Below are positions 29,427-31,940 of a stretch of 31,940 nt of DNA, one piece after another (position 1 is the stretch's first letter; every line of letters begins with the position of its first letter). Made by a program: the position numbers and the translations under genes. The DNA is taken from contig NW_008246085.1 of assembly GCF_000281045.1 (NCBI RefSeq), forward strand, positions 569,225 through 601,164, written 5' to 3'. Under the pieces are notes generated by a model. The model had not been told where the DNA came from and searched no databases. It worked only from the letters and a program-made list of their open reading frames with translations. The DNA comes from Saprolegnia diclina VS20 (Eukaryota).

Positions 29427-30965
29427 CTAACGCTTCTTTTTCCTAAATATACTCCCTAACCCGCGCGTCGCCTCGAGGTCGCGGATGCGCCGGTCGCGCT
29501 GCAGCATCCTGGCCGCATACTCCTGGCTTCGCACCCGGACCTCGTGCTCGTGTCTTGATTCAAGGACGCTGGTGGCCACCGCGTGGGCTTGAACGTCGGC
29601 TTGGCGGTTCGCGTTGGCGGTGTCGAGAGCGATCTGCAGCGTCCGGATCTGGCCTTGCAGCTTGCGCTGCTGGACGTCGCGGATGAGAAGCTGCGATATT
29701 CTTGCTGCGTGCGCTCTTGCACGCAAAACGTCGGCGTCGTCGAGGTGCGCGGCGGCTTCTGCGAGACGCGCAGCGTGCCGGTTTGCCATGGTTCGCATTG
29801 AGTTTTCGAGCGCTTCGTGCTGCGTTCTCGCTGCTTGCAGTCGCTCGTGATGGACGGTGCGCTGCTCGTCCATCGTCCGGTTCATGTCTAGACGAGCTTG
29901 GTGCTCGCGCTCCAAAGCGGCCATCGACGAGGCGTCCAGTGCTGCTACCCGCGTTTTGGTCGCTCGCAGCTCGGAGACGAGTTGGTCGTTGGCGGCAGCC
30001 ATCGTGTCGCGCTCGGCAGTGACTTGACGGAGCGCGTTCTGAGCCATGACAGCCTCGTCGACGACCGCTGCAAGGACCCGCTTGCACTGAAACAACTGGA
30101 TCTGAGTGCGTTTGGCGGCCGATGCGACCGCTTCCATCTCCAGTTGGTGCTTTCGTCGGCAGTCGGCAAGTGTTGCAATGGCCGCTGCAGCGAGACCCTT
30201 GACCGCCACGTTGTCTTGTTGGGCGTGGGCCAGTCGTATTGTAGACACGGCGGCGGTCGAGGTCGCTACTATGTCAAGTGCGCGGTGCTCTTGCTGAAGC
30301 GTGCTGAACGCGGTGCGGAGCTCGGTCAGGTCGCGCCGCGCGCGCTCCTCGGTGCGGTGCAGCTGGATCTTGGTATTGTGGAGCTCGACCTTGAGGTCGG
30401 CGCTGATGGTTGTAGCCGTCACACGCTGGACCCGAGCGGCTTCGTGCAGCGCAGCGACTTGGGCTCGGAGCTCGGTGATCGTATTGTCTCTGGCGGCAAG
30501 CGTTGCGTCTTTGGAGGCAACGACGGTATGCAGCGCCTTGGTGCTTTGGGCCGCGCACTCGGTCGTGCGGTGGAGTCGAATCTTCAAATTGTGTACTTGG
30601 ACCTTGAGGTCGGCGCTGATCTCGGTAGCAGTGACGCGCTGGACCCGCGCGGCTTCGTGGAGGTCGGCGACGTTGGTCGTGAGGTGGGCAATGGTCGTGT
30701 CTTGGGTGGCGACTGTCGTCTGCAGCGCCGGGATGGTCTCGACATTGTCAGGCAACGGACGAAGCTGGGTGTCGTACGCTGCCTTGGTAGTTGTCAAGAG
30801 CTTGTAGGCAAGAGGGCGGAGGCCGAGAAGCACGCGGCGCATCCCGAGGGTGCGGACGAGCATGGCCGTGAGGAAGCCAGCGGCGAGGTAGCGCTGGGAT
30901 TTGGCACTCGTGCGCGGAATGTAGAGCGCAAGGAAGCCAAGCATCGGGGTGGGCGTCGTCATCAT
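29427..30965 (-). CDS. Intronless coiled-coil orphan protein with a hydrophobic N-terminus and an internal 71-aa duplication
   Basis: Open frame of 512 aa from ATG 30965, A/L/T/R-rich. An initiator-like CTCATTTT lies about 25 nt upstream on the minus strand (30989-30996). Confidence 0.65.
   Translation of the reverse strand: MMTTPTPMLGFLALYIPRTSAKSQRYLAAGFLTAMLVRTLGMRRVLLGLRPLAYKLLTTTKAAYDTQLRPLPDNVETIPALQTTVATQDTTIAHLTTNVADLHEAARVQRVTATEISADLKVQVHNLKIRLHRTTECAAQSTKALHTVVASKDATLAARDNTITELRAQVAALHEAARVQRVTATTISADLKVELHNTKIQLHRTEERARRDLTELRTAFSTLQQEHRALDIVATSTAAVSTIRLAHAQQDNVAVKGLAAAAIATLADCRRKHQLEMEAVASAAKRTQIQLFQCKRVLAAVVDEAVMAQNALRQVTAERDTMAAANDQLVSELRATKTRVAALDASSMAALEREHQARLDMNRTMDEQRTVHHERLQAARTQHEALENSMRTMANRHAARLAEAAAHLDDADVLRARAHAARISQLLIRDVQQRKLQGQIRTLQIALDTANANRQADVQAHAVATSVLESRHEHEVRVRSQEYAARMLQRDRRIRDLEATRGLGSIFRKKKR
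30340..30700. repeat. Intragenic direct repeat, 213-bp period
   Basis: accttgaggtcggcgctgat occurs at 30388 and 30601. The protein has LHEAARVQRVTAT.ISADLKV twice, 71 aa apart. Confidence 0.85.
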
Positions 30966-31021
30966 CGTGGTAGAGCAGTGTACGGTTGAAAATGAGGTCA
31001 CTGGTAAAAGCAGCGTCCGAG

Positions 31022-31121
31022 NNNNNNNNNNNNNNNNNNNNNNNNNNNNNNNNNNNNNNNNNNNNNNNNNNNNNNNNNNNNNNNNNNNNNNNNNNNNNNN
31101 NNNNNNNNNNNNNNNNNNNNN
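31022..31121. other. Assembly gap (100 N)
   Basis: Run of exactly 100 N, a typical placeholder for a gap of unknown size. Confidence 0.99.
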
Positions 31122-31735
31122 AAGGTCTGGGCCACCTCGCGCAGCCGCAGCAGCTGATGGTCCAAGTGCACCGCACGCGGGTCTAGTCGGTCTGAACTGG
31201 GTGCACCATGGAAGATGCTCGCACCGTCCACATGCGTGCGACGTAGCTCGTCGATTTCGTCTACGCGGCGCTTTGTACAAACACCTTTACGTTAGGAAGC
31301 GCTGGCTATAGCTTCTTCTCAACCAAACGTCGACTGGTCAAATGGACTATCGATGACACTCGTAGTGCATTCACCTAGAGGTTATGGATATGGGATCCTC
31401 GCGCTGGGAACTGCCAATATCGCAAGCATCCCTCACTACCTGCTAGCAGTCGCATTGCCCGAGTCGAACGATGGCTAATAGCAGTTACCGTCCTCTAGTT
31501 GGAGGTCATGCACGGGTGTATGGGGTTGCACGTCGAACGAGAAAGAGGTTGTCGGTGGATCGTGCGCATTTGGCGGGAAATCCCGACATACCTCGGTAAT
31601 CCGATATTTGGAATATGTATTGTTGGAGTACACATCTTTGGTCAGTTCCCCCTGGCGCCACTACAAGCCTGGACGAGATGGCGCGCTAGGCAAATATAAC
31701 GACCGGGTGGAAGCGCAGCCAATGCACGGGAAGAG

Positions 31736-31819
31736 CACCTTCTGTCGGTCATGGACCACGTGCTGCACCTTACTACAGTGGATTGTGACGTCGAGATAGA
31801 GCGACAAGTGCGCGCTAAC
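31736..31819 (+). pseudogene. Diverged duplicate fragment of coding sequence 28770-28853
   Basis: Gapless alignment with 72/84 identical nt (hand count). The frame hits a stop shortly afterwards and the flanks are not homologous. Confidence 0.75.
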
Positions 31820-31940
31820 CAGTTCAAGAGTTACCCCAAAACCAGCTAACTGTAGTGGCGGTGGTGGTGCTCTCGGTGAGGCACGCGTCGCTAGCGAGAG
31901 CGAGCCAGCATAATTCACTTTTTCAAATTTCGTGTATCAA

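Noticed and set aside
30966..31280. N-terminal extension of the 617-aa ORF across the N run
   Set aside because: The frame is open only because of the Ns, and the true gap size is unknown.
1..31940. Prokaryotic systems (CRISPR, operons, defence islands) or a metabolic gene cluster
   Set aside because: Spliceosomal introns and eukaryote-specific genes occur throughout, there is no repeat-spacer array, and neighbouring genes are functionally unrelated.

Overview
Gene-dense, GC-rich eukaryotic DNA with many very short (about 38-57 nt) GT-AG introns and tiny intergenic spaces. The architecture and gene content suggest an oomycete, probably Saprolegniales; this is inference. I can support 17 protein-coding genes, in order: a 3'-truncated cyclic-nucleotide-regulated K+ channel; two tandem RBR E3 ligases; a degenerate small-GTPase-domain protein; an AAAP/TMEM104-like transporter; an ILRUN homologue; a long coiled-coil protein head-to-head (43 bp) with TMEM216; a PurH-like/PurD/PurN/PurM fusion; a ubiquitin-like-GG-SF3A2 fusion; a small ARM-repeat protein; a polytopic membrane protein; a mitochondrial-type amidinotransferase (GATM-like); a UAA nucleotide-sugar transporter; a single-repeat Myb factor; a GATase-GDPD double pseudo-enzyme; and a repeat-containing coiled-coil orphan next to a 100-N assembly gap. 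The most striking item is a 76-aa ubiquitin/FUBI-like domain ending in LKGG, fused exactly to the native N-terminus of U2 snRNP protein SF3A2, which suggests a cleavable splicing-factor precursor. I found no rRNA, tRNA, CRISPR array or recognisable transposase. Exon-intron models were built by hand from GT-AG sites and frame continuity, not from transcripts.
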